DNA from: Candidatus Avidehalobacter gallistercoris
Lineage (GTDB): Bacteria; Bacillota; Dehalobacteriia; UBA4068; UBA4997
Assembly (NCBI GenBank): GCA_018715045.1
Contig: DVMH01000009.1
Coordinates: 20-64,019 of the forward strand
Length of the DNA: 64,000 nt
Direction of reading: 5' to 3'
The notes under the pieces were generated by a model. That model made no database searches. It was not told the DNA's origin and saw nothing but the letters and a program-made list of their open reading frames with translations. The translations under genes and the position numbers were made by a program. How positions within the stretch are numbered: the stretch's first letter is position 1; the number at the start of each line of letters is the position of its first letter. Shown here piece after piece: positions 28,859 through 38,499 of the stretch.

Positions 28859-29830
28859 ATGCAAAAAAATTACAATGCCAGACTGCTGGCAGAAGCACGC
28901 TCGCTGGATATGGCGATAGAAGCGCACAGTCTTCTGAAAGGCGATGGCGATGTTGAACTCGAAGGGGTTCGTCATAGTGAACGCGAGTTTAAATGCGGCA
29001 AAACCGTAACCATTGAAATATTGAACAAACAGGGAGCCAAAACGCTAGGGCGCGATATAGGACATTATATCACCATTGAGCTGCCAGGAATCCACGAGGC
29101 GGATGCGGCCAGCCTGATCGAACCGGCTTCCGCCGAGATTGCCAAAGTTTTAGCCAAAATGCTTCCCCGTTTTGAAGCAGGCGACGCACGTCCGATACTT
29201 TTGGCAGGTCTGGGCAATTTCCAAACAACGGCGGACGCTATCGGCCCAAGGGTCATCTCGCATATCCAACCGACCAATCACTTCTTCCGTCGAGAATTTG
29301 CATCAGAGATACGCCCAGTGGCAGCCATTACACCAGGAGTAGTCGGCAACACTGGGGTAGAAACAGCGGCTCTCATCAAGGGAGTGGCCGGAGAGATCGA
29401 TCCAGCGGCGCTGGTGGTAATCGACGCTCTGGCAGCCAGAAGTATTGGCGGAGTGATGAGCAGTATTCAGATATGCGACACAGGTATCCGCCCCGGTTCC
29501 GGCGTGCAGAACCACCGCAGAGCTATTAACCGGGAATATCTTGGCGTGCCAGTTCTGGCCGTGGGTATACCCACCGTGGTGCAAGCGCAGTCGATAATCC
29601 GTGAAAGCGCTTCTCTCTGCCTGATGGAACTTGACGTTAACCGTGCTGATCTGCCAGAGCAGGTGGCGGAGCAAATGCTCTCGCCGTTTGAGCATAATCT
29701 GGTGATGACGCCAAAGGAAGCGGACGAGCTGGTACCACTGGCCTCGCTGATTATTGCCGCCGGGATCACCAGGGCACTGCACCCAGGCGCGTCAGATGGC
29801 AGTTTTGCGGAATATATGCAGGGCGTGTGA
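28859..29830 (+). CDS. gpr: germination protease (GPR endopeptidase)
   Basis: ORF 28790..29830 trimmed to ATG 28859. ..RSLDMAIEAH.., ..ITIELPG.., ..GLGNFQTTADAIGP.., ..VIDALAARS.., ..ICDTGIRPGSGV.. follow the GPR family pattern. Confidence 0.85.
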   Translation: MQKNYNARLLAEARSLDMAIEAHSLLKGDGDVELEGVRHSEREFKCGKTVTIEILNKQGAKTLGRDIGHYITIELPGIHEADAASLIEPASAEIAKVLAKMLPRFEAGDARPILLAGLGNFQTTADAIGPRVISHIQPTNHFFRREFASEIRPVAAITPGVVGNTGVETAALIKGVAGEIDPAALVVIDALAARSIGGVMSSIQICDTGIRPGSGVQNHRRAINREYLGVPVLAVGIPTVVQAQSIIRESASLCLMELDVNRADLPEQVAEQMLSPFEHNLVMTPKEADELVPLASLIIAAGITRALHPGASDGSFAEYMQGV

Positions 29831-29871
29831 GAACATTACCAAACTAACAAAATATTGCCAGACAAAATCAG

Positions 29872-29901
29872 GCATATTCACCCGGCTTAGGTACAATACT
29901 A
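29872..29901 (+). promoter_or_regulatory. forespore-type (sigma-G/F-like) promoter candidate upstream of the SASP gene
   Basis: GCATA (29872-29876), 18-nt spacer, AATACTA (29895-29901), compared with the consensus GHATR-N17/18-CATXHTA. A hairpin lies between it and the gene, so the call is weak. Confidence 0.3.
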
Positions 29902-29934
29902 TGAATGCTTTTGAAACGGAAACATTCATCAACC

Positions 29935-29970
29935 AAAAGCAGCCGCTTGAAGCACGCTGGCTGTGCTTTT
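29935..29970 (+). terminator. hairpin plus T-run, probably the gpr terminator
   Basis: AAAAGCAGCC / GGCTGTGCTTTT (one bulge), located 105 nt after the gpr stop. Confidence 0.45.
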
Positions 29971-30029
29971 GCAGACAAGCTGAGCTATGCTTTTCAAACG
30001 GCGATCAACCAGTCAAGGAGGTGACAACA

Positions 30030-30251
30030 ATGGAAAACAAGGCAGTCCTGAATCAGTTTAAGACTGAAGTTGCCAACGAATTGGGCATCAACAACTACGA
30101 ACAGATTGACAAGGGTCAGCTGACCTCTCGTCAGAACGGTTATGTTGGCGGCAACATGACCCGCAAAATGGTAGCCTTTGCTGAACAGGCTATCGCTCAG
30201 GGTCAGACCGCTGCTATCAACAACGCAGCTCAGACCGAGCAGATTCGCTAA
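30030..30251 (+). CDS. alpha/beta-type small acid-soluble spore protein
   Basis: ATG 30030 with AAGGAGGTG upstream, 73 aa. KTEVANELGI and GGNMTRKMVAFAEQ are the two conserved SASP blocks. Confidence 0.9.
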   Translation: MENKAVLNQFKTEVANELGINNYEQIDKGQLTSRQNGYVGGNMTRKMVAFAEQAIAQGQTAAINNAAQTEQIR

Positions 30252-30288
30252 CCAGTATGAATAAAGGACGCCCGCAAATCTTGGGCGC

Positions 30289-30324
30289 AAAGCGGCGGCA
30301 GGGCTAAAACCCCGCCGCCGCTTT
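30289..30324. terminator. bidirectional terminator between the SASP gene and the DUF606 gene
   Basis: AAAGCGGCGGCAGGG / CCCCGCCGCCGCTTT, a 15-bp stem with one mismatch. Confidence 0.7.
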
Positions 30325-30765
30325 CTATTTGCCCAGCATCAGCTTAACGCCAATAGCCAGCACCGCCACGCCCGCCATTTGAGCATATGACACCTGAGTT
30401 TTTTCCAGCCCGAACAGCCCCAGCCAATCGATAATAGTAGCAGTGGCAACCTGCCCCGCCACGATAGCCGTGGTGGCTGAGGCCGCACCAAGCCGGGGAA
30501 TAGAAACCATCACGCCGTAGATGATAACGACGTTAATGAGTCCGCTTAAATAGCCGTACCACGGTAGCTCCGGCAGCTTCTTCCAATCGCCGTCGCCTAC
30601 GCCAGCAGCAAACAGCAGAAGAAAAATAATCAAAAGACCGACCGCATGCATCAGAAAATTGCTTTCCAGTGTGCCGATAAGCTTACTGACCTGCCCGTTG
30701 ATACTACCCTGCACCGCCATCAACATACCCGCCAGACAAGGCAAAAACCAAATCAGCCAATTCAT
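30325..30765 (-). CDS. DMT-superfamily membrane protein (YdcZ/DUF606-like)
   Basis: ATG 30765 preferred. MNWLIWFLPCLAGMLMAVQGSINGQVSK.. followed by 5 TM segments. Confidence 0.7.
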   Translation of the reverse strand: MNWLIWFLPCLAGMLMAVQGSINGQVSKLIGTLESNFLMHAVGLLIIFLLLFAAGVGDGDWKKLPELPWYGYLSGLINVVIIYGVMVSIPRLGAASATTAIVAGQVATATIIDWLGLFGLEKTQVSYAQMAGVAVLAIGVKLMLGK

Positions 30766-30836
30766 AAAAAACACCTACCCCTTCATAGTATCAGGGATAG
30801 GTATTTCCATTTCTGTCAGATTTTATTAGTTTTTTC

Positions 30837-32531
30837 TCAGCCAGGAATACGCAGCACCGTGCCCGCCGTCAGTTCGCCCTCAGTGATACGATTGGCGGCC
30901 AGCAGACTTTCCAGTGAAATATTATTCTTAAGCGCAATGCTCATAGGCTGATCTCCCGGCTTCACCACATAAAACCGCATAGAGAATGAACCAGCTTTTT
31001 TGCATCCCTCAACCGGTGCCGAAGCTTTAGCGGCACGGGCAGGCTGCACTGCCGACATCTTTAACCTCACACCGTTGGCATTGACCATCTTCAGCTCAAC
31101 ATCCGGCACGTCAGGTTCCGCCGGAGCTGACACTCCTACTTCGGTCTCTGCAACATCCTCCTGAGTTTCGGCAGTGAACACCACTTCGTTATCAGCTGCC
31201 TCCACTTCAGTTTCCGTATCCACATCTTCTTTAGCTGCCGGTTCTGCAACGCTTTGTTCCGCAACTGCTGGTTCCTCGGCGTTTTCCACCATTTTCTCCA
31301 CTTCTGCCATAGGGTTTTCTACAGTTTCCACCGATGCGCTCACTTCATCCACTTGCGACGGCATGGATTTTTCCACAACTGTTTCATTCATAGCAATCTG
31401 TTCGGTCAACACTCCAACCTCCTCTGCTACTGTTAGCGTTTCTGTTGCTTCTGCCTCTTCAATCGGTTTAACCACCACAACCGGTTCACTCACTGCGGCA
31501 ATATCCTCTGCTGCTTGCGCCTCTACCGCCGCTTGCAGACTTTCACCACGCGCTTTCAATTTGGCCAGTGCTGCCGTGGTAAGCAGTGTGCGAAAGCGAT
31601 TTTTGTTCAGCTTGGGCGCATAGATTTGCTCCATATTGGCAGTGCGCTCCGCTACTCCTGGCGCTGCGATATTTTTCACAGTATTTTTCACAGTATTTTC
31701 CACCGGGTTATACACCGGAATACCCACCGGCTTTTCCACAGGGGATTCCACCTGCTGCACCGGACGCACATCCGGCTCCGGGAAGTGCCAGACGGGAATA
31801 CGGGATTGTTCTTCCTGTTCCGGCAAAGTTTCCGCTGCAGCATTGACAATCTGCGTCACCTTGATTTGTGGCTGCGTAGATGTTTCCTCGATAGAACGTA
31901 TCAGATACGCCTCACTATGCTCGCTGCCAGAGCGTATCAAGCGAGGTTCACCTTGATTCTCTGACGCAGCCCCAAGAAAGAAACGGTCAATTTTGCTTTC
32001 GATGCGCTTATCTACTGCGTCAGCGTCCGGCATGGGAATATCGCTCGTCCAGACACGGCGCTTCGGTGAAAGTGTATGCACCGGAGTGTTTGACGGCGCT
32101 GGCACTGCTGCCGCTCTATCCTCCTGCCAGCGATAATCGCCGACGTATTCCAGATTCAGAGTTCCGGAAAAATCAAGCACATAAGGTGAAAGAATTTTCA
32201 CCATCGGGCGCGCCACTGTGCCGTGCAGATCAGCAGCCTCATATTGCAGTCCGCCCAGCCAGCCAGACGGCGTCTGCACCTTTAGGGGCAGCATAATGCG
32301 GTATTTGTTTAAACCGCGTCCCTCCATACCCTGATATTCCATATCCAGCTCATAAAAGCCGCGCAGCCAGACAGTATCGTCGCTTCTTTGCAGATCGTCG
32401 ATGAACACCGTGGCTCTGATTTTATCTATATAGCGCACTCCCACCGCAGTTTTGGGCAAAAAAACCGTCTGAGTCAGCGGCAGAGTTATCTTAGTATCCG
32501 CCAATCGGCCATCCTTCGTTTGCTTGCTCAT
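30837..32531 (-). CDS. SpoVID-like spore coat morphogenetic protein (N-terminal SPOCS/DUF3794-like region, acidic low-complexity middle, C-terminal LysM)
   Basis: C-terminal YVVKPGDQPMSIALKNNISLESLLAANRI..GTVLRIPG is a LysM domain. A long E/A/V/T-rich acidic middle and a size of 564 aa match the architecture of B. subtilis SpoVID. A 12-nt tandem repeat at 31671-31703 encodes TVKNTVKN. Confidence 0.6.
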   Translation of the reverse strand: MSKQTKDGRLADTKITLPLTQTVFLPKTAVGVRYIDKIRATVFIDDLQRSDDTVWLRGFYELDMEYQGMEGRGLNKYRIMLPLKVQTPSGWLGGLQYEAADLHGTVARPMVKILSPYVLDFSGTLNLEYVGDYRWQEDRAAAVPAPSNTPVHTLSPKRRVWTSDIPMPDADAVDKRIESKIDRFFLGAASENQGEPRLIRSGSEHSEAYLIRSIEETSTQPQIKVTQIVNAAAETLPEQEEQSRIPVWHFPEPDVRPVQQVESPVEKPVGIPVYNPVENTVKNTVKNIAAPGVAERTANMEQIYAPKLNKNRFRTLLTTAALAKLKARGESLQAAVEAQAAEDIAAVSEPVVVVKPIEEAEATETLTVAEEVGVLTEQIAMNETVVEKSMPSQVDEVSASVETVENPMAEVEKMVENAEEPAVAEQSVAEPAAKEDVDTETEVEAADNEVVFTAETQEDVAETEVGVSAPAEPDVPDVELKMVNANGVRLKMSAVQPARAAKASAPVEGCKKAGSFSMRFYVVKPGDQPMSIALKNNISLESLLAANRITEGELTAGTVLRIPG

Positions 32532-32592
32532 AGCCTAACCTCCTAAAGCCTGCGCAGATACGCAAAACGGCTGCCTGCGCTTTTTCAATTAA

Positions 32593-32621
32593 GCTATATG
32601 CTGCCTGCCGTTAAAATATAC
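32593..32621 (-). promoter_or_regulatory. sigma-E-type promoter candidate for the SpoVID-like gene
   Basis: Minus strand reads GTATATT (32621-32615), 14-nt spacer, CATATAGC (32600-32593), compared with the consensus kmATATT-N14-CATACAmT. Confidence 0.35.
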
Positions 32622-32625
32622 CGCA

Positions 32626-33684
32626 TTAATGCTCCTGCTCCGCTGCCATCTGCCAAAGCTCGCTCAAAATATGACTCCCCAACGCCGCCACCTGTTTGAA
32701 ATCCATTGCTTCCGTATAACAGGCCGCCAGTTCTCCCCTCTTAGCCGCCGCCTCTCTCACGGCTTTCGACGCTTCCTCGCGCGCGTTTATCAACTCCCCG
32801 CTCTCTAATACTTCGGTCAGCTTTTCTACCATATCCGACGAAGCCAGGTGAATTAGCTCGTCATGATAAAGCGGCGAGAGATCCACCAGCGCCGCATCGG
32901 CCAGCGCTACCGAAAGCCCCGGCAGTATCAGCAGTACCGGACGCTCCGGAGCGATATAACTATAATAAATATCTACGCTGTGACCAAGCTCCGCCGCCTG
33001 TTCGGCCAGACGGGCCAGTACCGGCGCGGCGTCGCCGGAGAGAAGATATCGCCTGCTACAGCAGGCGGAAATCTCCTGCGCACAACTTTGCAGGCCGCCC
33101 GCTGTCAACGCCTCTGCAAAAAATCGGCGCACTTGCACGTGCCGCACCGCAAACACCTCACGCGCCAGCGCAGTGCAGATATCCTCAACCTCCTGCTCTG
33201 ATAACAAAATACCTGCGGCAGCATATAGCTTCTCCCGCCCCTGCTGATAAAGTGCAAGCAGCCCCGCCTCACGTTTTAAGCCACGTTTAAGTTCCTGACC
33301 AAGACGCTTTATCTCCTCACGTTTAGCAGAAAGTGTCTCCTGCTCCCAGCAATCGCCCAAATTATAGATTTCCTCCACCACGCCGGGGTTCTGCGGACGT
33401 ATATACTCCTGAAATCCCGCGTCAACCACCGCCGCTTTAAGCTCTGGTATCACCACGCCCTCCGCGCCGCCGCTGGCGTCTGTGCCCTGCCAAAGCTCAA
33501 CATCGAAACCGCGTTCACACATATTCTCGGCCACACGGCTGATCAGACTGCTTTTGCCGCAGCCAGGAGCCCCCAACAGAACAAAAACCCTCTCTAGCAC
33601 AGCCAAATCACACTCGGCATAAGACATATATCCCTGCGACGTCATGCACCCTGCAAACATATGCACCAACTTTCCTTTTTTCAT
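32626..33684 (-). CDS. uncharacterised P-loop ATPase (family seen in endospore formers)
   Basis: ATG 33684 preferred. ..HMFAGCMTSQGYMSY..RVFVLLGAPGCGKSSLISRV..VVIPELKAAVVDAG..PGVVEEIYNLGDCW resembles, from memory, the Bacillus/Clostridium family that NCBI labels PRK06851. Confidence 0.6.
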   Translation of the reverse strand: MKKGKLVHMFAGCMTSQGYMSYAECDLAVLERVFVLLGAPGCGKSSLISRVAENMCERGFDVELWQGTDASGGAEGVVIPELKAAVVDAGFQEYIRPQNPGVVEEIYNLGDCWEQETLSAKREEIKRLGQELKRGLKREAGLLALYQQGREKLYAAAGILLSEQEVEDICTALAREVFAVRHVQVRRFFAEALTAGGLQSCAQEISACCSRRYLLSGDAAPVLARLAEQAAELGHSVDIYYSYIAPERPVLLILPGLSVALADAALVDLSPLYHDELIHLASSDMVEKLTEVLESGELINAREEASKAVREAAAKRGELAACYTEAMDFKQVAALGSHILSELWQMAAEQEH

Positions 33685-33836
33685 TAGCAGGCTCACCCTC
33701 TTTTGCCACAGCAACCGCCGCGGCTCTTGTTCCTTTTACGGTTTCAGCTTATGTGGTGGGATAAGCCGCGGTGCGCAAAAAAAATCCGGGAACATTCAAG
33801 CCCCCGGAGCAATTATTCACGATTCATTTTTGTTAC

Positions 33837-34295
33837 TCAATCCTGCCATGAGGCCGTAAAGCCGACCACCGTAGCATTGTCCACTGTCAGCAGAATTATC
33901 TGCACCTCATTGTTGTTGTAACGATAACCAGAAGCCGCATCACGCATGTAGCCGTTATCCTCCAGCACCGTACCTGCCGCCTCAATGTCATCGCCCACCT
34001 TGACGCCAAACACGCCAAACTCCGCATTTTTGCTTGATAAGCGGCGTATAACCCCCTCGTCGTTCACCACGACGGAAAGATCGCTGGCATGGTAGGCATA
34101 TTCTGTGCCCGCAGTGATAGGGCTTTCCGCGTCTGGCTCGCCCAGCTCTTCCTGCATGGCGTCAGTAGTCATACCCAGAAGCAGACCGCCAAACTCGGCG
34201 TTTTCATTAAATTCCAGTAGTGCTTCGTTGGATTCCGGCAAAGTGCAACCAGCCAGAAGCAGCAACAGAGCGCATATTGCAACAAGGCGCTTCAC
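33837..34295 (-). CDS. lipoprotein, unknown function
   Basis: GTG start with GGAGGTG upstream. MKRLVAICALLLLLAGC is a lipobox signal peptide. Confidence 0.7.
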   Translation of the reverse strand: MKRLVAICALLLLLAGCTLPESNEALLEFNENAEFGGLLLGMTTDAMQEELGEPDAESPITAGTEYAYHASDLSVVVNDEGVIRRLSSKNAEFGVFGVKVGDDIEAAGTVLEDNGYMRDAASGYRYNNNEVQIILLTVDNATVVGFTASWQD

Positions 34296-34310
34296 GGCAC
34301 ACCTCCATTA

Positions 34311-35474
34311 TCAGTTAGTTTGATTTTCATTTGATTTAGCAACCATTTTTTCGGCCAGCACCGCCACGGCCTTGGCCAGCTGCGTATCCTGCTCCGGCTC
34401 CATCGTGTAAGCTGCCAGATTGTCCGCGTCCTCCGGCATGGGAAAGACGATATCCGGTACAATACCCACGCCATGGATATCGTTTTTATGCGCCGTACTG
34501 TATTTGGCCGAGGTAAAACGTAACCCCGCACCAGAATCCAGCTGCTGTAAATCCTGCACAATGCCCTTTCCGTAAGTCGTCTCGCCAATCAAGGTGGCCA
34601 TACCGCAATCATGCGCCGCGCCGATAACCACCTCCGATGCGCTGGCAGTGTGGCCGTTCTGCAGTATTACCACCGGAAGATCCGTTGCCGCCCGGTTTGA
34701 GGTATAGTAATACACGCCGTCTGAATCGGTAATATACATCATCGGCTCTCCGTCCGGCACAAAGTAATTGCAGACTTGCAGCGCAGAGTTGATTTCACCA
34801 CCGCCGTTATCGCGCAAGTCAAGGATAAGCCCCTGCATACCCTGCTCCGCCAAATCATTATAGGCAGTGGTAAACTGCTCGCCCGTGGTCATGTTGAAAC
34901 TGGAAATTTTAATCAGGCCCACTTCATCATCCAGCATTACCGACTCCACTGTCGGTATTTCCACCTTGGCAGTTTTCAGCTTGATGACCACCTCGCCATC
35001 GTCAGGACGCAGGAAAGTCAATTCCAGCTGCGTTCCCGCCACAAACCCCAGCAGACTGTCAGCCACTTCATCATAAGTCAAACTGCTTAAATCATCGCCG
35101 TTCAGGCGTAGGAAGACATCGCCAGGCAAAACACCTGCCTCGTAGGCAGGGCCACCTTTCATCACACCGTAAACCATCGCCCGTCCCGCCTCGTCAGGGT
35201 AGATATAAACGCCGATACCGCTATATGACCCGCTGACTGAACGAAACAGCTCAGCATATTCCTCCGGGGTGTAATAAATAGCATAACGATCATGCCGTTC
35301 CGCTATCTGAGCGGAGAGCGCATCCACAGCCAAAGCTCCTGCTGCAGCCGCATCAATCTCGGCATTTTCCGGAAGTTTAAGCGGTTCCGCCGCCTGGCAG
35401 GCGCCCAGCATAAGAGCCGCTAGTATAAGCAACAGGACAAACGCCCGCCTGATTTGAGATTTACTCTTTAACAT
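34311..35474 (-). CDS. S41 family C-terminal processing peptidase
   Basis: Signal/anchor sequence, PDZ region (GVMKGGPAYEAGVLPGDVFLRLNG), and catalytic region (..NGHTASASEV.. and IGETTYGKGIVQ). Confidence 0.9.
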   Translation of the reverse strand: MLKSKSQIRRAFVLLLILAALMLGACQAAEPLKLPENAEIDAAAAGALAVDALSAQIAERHDRYAIYYTPEEYAELFRSVSGSYSGIGVYIYPDEAGRAMVYGVMKGGPAYEAGVLPGDVFLRLNGDDLSSLTYDEVADSLLGFVAGTQLELTFLRPDDGEVVIKLKTAKVEIPTVESVMLDDEVGLIKISSFNMTTGEQFTTAYNDLAEQGMQGLILDLRDNGGGEINSALQVCNYFVPDGEPMMYITDSDGVYYYTSNRAATDLPVVILQNGHTASASEVVIGAAHDCGMATLIGETTYGKGIVQDLQQLDSGAGLRFTSAKYSTAHKNDIHGVGIVPDIVFPMPEDADNLAAYTMEPEQDTQLAKAVAVLAEKMVAKSNENQTN

Positions 35475-35535
35475 TGTAAGCTTTCACACTTTACCATAGA
35501 TTTATTTTTAGCTTATGCTCCGCCCGCCCCACATA

Positions 35536-36696
35536 TTACGGTTTGGAGACGTAATTCCATGGCGAAACGACGCTGCCGTTCTTGCGGAATTCCAAGTGCA
35601 GGTGATTGCCGGTGCTGTTGCCGGTGCTGCCCACATATCCGATAACATCTCCCTGCTTCACGCTGTCGCCCACGCTACAGCCGATACTACTCATGTGTGC
35701 ATACAGACTGGAAATTCCGTTGCCGTGGTCAACAATGACATATTTGCCATAGGAATAAGTCAGGCTTTTCACCACGATAACTTTACCATCATCCACCGCG
35801 TGTATCTCAGTGCCCTTTGGAGCGGAAATATCAATCCCTGTATGCAGGTTGCGCTGTCCACGCAAGGTGCGCCAGCCATAATTAGACGTAATAGTGCTGT
35901 ATCCCCTGAGCGGCCAGGCATAAATACCCGATCCCACGCCGCCGTTTGGAGTCTGCAAGGCACGGATAGCAGCCGCGATCTCGTCGGAATCTTTCTTCCA
36001 CTGGTTAATCTCGGCCTGAACTTCGTTCACATCGCCCTGTGCCTCGTCCACCAGTGCTTTCTGCTCGGAACGTGCAGTCTCCAGCTCCGCCAGAATTTTG
36101 GTCTGCTCGGCAGTAAGCGTGTTCAAATTGGCGATTTTTGTCTCTTGCAAGGCGCGCTTCTCCTTGATTACGTCGATCTGCGCGTTGATGGCATCAATCA
36201 TGTTGCTGTCATAGAGCAACATGCGCTCCATGTAATATGAACGGGTTAGGAAATCCTCCATGCTGGTGGCGTCGAAAACCACGTCTAAAAGACCAACGTC
36301 GCCATTAATATAGTTTTCCCTAAGACGCGACTGAAAACCCTCAAGCTGGCGCGCCAGCTCCGTCTGAGCAGCGGAAAACTCCGTGTTGGCGATCTCAAGT
36401 TCCTTTTTGGCAGCCGACATCTGGCGGTTCAGCGCAGCCAGCGTATCCTCACATTGCTGCACCTTCATATCGGCGTTGGCCAGCGCCGTCTGCTGCTTGG
36501 AAAGCTCGCCCTTAAGCCCGCTCAGGCTCTGTCGCAGCAGCGCGATCTCGTTTTCGATCTGCCGCTGTTGCTCCTGATAATCGCTTAACGCATCTGCCTC
36601 TGCCTGCTGCGGCGTGCCATAAACCATGCCATGCCACAGCATCAGCCCCAGCAGAAAGCAAGTCAGAATAATGGGAAATTTGGCATTTTTAAGCAT
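35536..36696 (-). CDS. coiled-coil M23 family metallopeptidase (EnvC-like)
   Basis: N-terminal TM segment, about 230 aa of coiled coil, and C-terminal HTGIDISAP..GTEIHAVDDGKV..GNSTGNHLHLEF. Confidence 0.9.
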   Translation of the reverse strand: MLKNAKFPIILTCFLLGLMLWHGMVYGTPQQAEADALSDYQEQQRQIENEIALLRQSLSGLKGELSKQQTALANADMKVQQCEDTLAALNRQMSAAKKELEIANTEFSAAQTELARQLEGFQSRLRENYINGDVGLLDVVFDATSMEDFLTRSYYMERMLLYDSNMIDAINAQIDVIKEKRALQETKIANLNTLTAEQTKILAELETARSEQKALVDEAQGDVNEVQAEINQWKKDSDEIAAAIRALQTPNGGVGSGIYAWPLRGYSTITSNYGWRTLRGQRNLHTGIDISAPKGTEIHAVDDGKVIVVKSLTYSYGKYVIVDHGNGISSLYAHMSSIGCSVGDSVKQGDVIGYVGSTGNSTGNHLHLEFRKNGSVVSPWNYVSKP

Positions 36697-36710
36697 ATGT
36701 CGCTCCTCCT

Positions 36711-37595
36711 TTACACATTCACGTGCTTGCGCACAGCAATAGCGGAGCCGACAGCACCCAGCAGCAGCCCAATCAACAGCATAGCACCGACCAGAGGCAA
36801 GGCGATTGACCTAAACGGTGTAAATGTCAGGAAGTTTAAACTGCTAAGCAGTAGATTAAGCATCGCATTGTACGACATCAGCGCCAAGATGCAGGCCACG
36901 CCGCCTCCCAAAACGCCAAGCAGCATACCCTCCAATATGAACGGCCAGATGATGAAAGAATTGCTGGCACCAACGTATTTCATCACCTGAATTTCTTCCT
37001 TGCGTGCCTCAACAGACAAGCGGATATTCATTGAGATTAGTATAACCGCCGAAAAGCCCAGCAGCACCATCAGACCGGTGCCCAAAGAGCGTATCCAATT
37101 CATAAATACGAACATTTTTTCCACTGAGCCCTGCCCGTAGCGCACCGCCAGAATATTATCCAGCTTGTTTACTGCATCCACAATGGAAAGCACCTGTTCC
37201 GGACTTTCCGCTTTGACAGTATAAGAGTTGGGCAGCGGATTAGTATCAATTGCCGCCAGAATTTCCTCGCTGGAGCCAAATTTGGATGACATCAGCTCCA
37301 ATCCCTCGGCACGGCTAACATATTTGACTGAAGCTACGCCCGGAATTGACTTCACCTGCGCTGAAAGCGTATCCATCTGTTCTTGGTTAATGCCATCTTT
37401 AATGAAGACTTTGATTTCCACCGCAGATTCCATAATTGTGGCATTTTGATCAATATTCACCACTAAAATACCAAAAATGCCACATAAATAAAGCGTAAGC
37501 ACCACTGTCATTATAGCGGCCACTGTCATGCCAAAGTTACGCCGAAGACTAATAAAAGGCTCCGGCAGGATATAACGCAGACTTGTCAGCTTCAC
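36711..37595 (-). CDS. ftsX: cell division permease-like protein FtsX
   Basis: GTG 37595 overlaps the ftsE stop (GTGA). 4 TM segments with a large first extracellular loop. Confidence 0.9.
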   Translation of the reverse strand: MKLTSLRYILPEPFISLRRNFGMTVAAIMTVVLTLYLCGIFGILVVNIDQNATIMESAVEIKVFIKDGINQEQMDTLSAQVKSIPGVASVKYVSRAEGLELMSSKFGSSEEILAAIDTNPLPNSYTVKAESPEQVLSIVDAVNKLDNILAVRYGQGSVEKMFVFMNWIRSLGTGLMVLLGFSAVILISMNIRLSVEARKEEIQVMKYVGASNSFIIWPFILEGMLLGVLGGGVACILALMSYNAMLNLLLSSLNFLTFTPFRSIALPLVGAMLLIGLLLGAVGSAIAVRKHVNV

Positions 37596-38269
37596 AGCAG
37601 CCACCCCCCAACCTCGTCGGCGATGATCTCGCCCTTGCGGAGCGCCACCACACGCTTTTTGGTTTCGTTAACGATGCGTTTATCGTGCGTTGCCATAATG
37701 ACCGTTGCGCCCTCATCGTTGAACTCCTGAAAAAGCTGCATCAGTTCATCGGAGGTATCCGGATCAAGGTTTCCGGTTGGCTCATCCGCAAGGATTATCG
37801 GCGGATTGTTGATAACAGCACGGGCAAACGCTACCCGCTGCTGCTCGCCGCCGGAAAGTTGACGCGGAAATGCGTCAGCCTTATCAGCGATCTTCAGGCG
37901 CTCCAGCACTTGCGGAACAATCTCCCGAACCTCGTTCCACGGATATTCCAGAACCTTTAACGCAAAAGCCACATTCTCAAACACTGTTTTGTTCTCCATC
38001 AGACGGAAATCCTGAAACACCACGCCAGTGTTGCGGCGAAGCTTTACGGTTTCCTTGTTGTTCAGACGGATAATGCTGCGCCCGGCAATAAATATCTGGC
38101 CGGAATCAGGCATAATTTCACGGAACAACAGCTTTATCAGCGTGCTTTTACCAGCGCCGCTTTGCCCTGTCAGATACACAAACTCACCATTATCAATGTG
38201 CAGATTAATGTCTTTCAAGGCCAGATTGCCGCCTTCATATGTCTTAAAAACGTTTGCCATATCGATCAT
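37592..38269 (-). CDS. ftsE: cell division ATP-binding protein FtsE
   Basis: [35 protein letters not shown]. Confidence 0.95.
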   Translation of the reverse strand: MIDMANVFKTYEGGNLALKDINLHIDNGEFVYLTGQSGAGKSTLIKLLFREIMPDSGQIFIAGRSIIRLNNKETVKLRRNTGVVFQDFRLMENKTVFENVAFALKVLEYPWNEVREIVPQVLERLKIADKADAFPRQLSGGEQQRVAFARAVINNPPIILADEPTGNLDPDTSDELMQLFQEFNDEGATVIMATHDKRIVNETKKRVVALRKGEIIADEVGGWLL

Positions 38270-38499
38270 CAAAATATCACCACTTTATCACATAGTCATG
38301 TTTTTATTCGACGGATATGGTCAATTCCCTGCAAATTATGCCGATTATTTACATAAAAACATCTGGCATACCCGCATTTTAGGCATAAAAAAAGCGGCTT
38401 TTGCCGACCGCCACTGCCAATTCCTCGGGCGGTATATTTCGCCAAAAACCGTATATAATAGTGCCGGATAAGCCTGCCGAAAAAAGGAAGTGTTTTGAT

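Noticed and set aside
28694-28975. Upstream extension of ORF 28535..28975 (146 aa)
   Set aside because: The extension overlaps the gpr upstream region and start and is R/F/C-rich. A strong SD precedes the internal ATG at 28693, giving a 52-aa zinc-ribbon protein.
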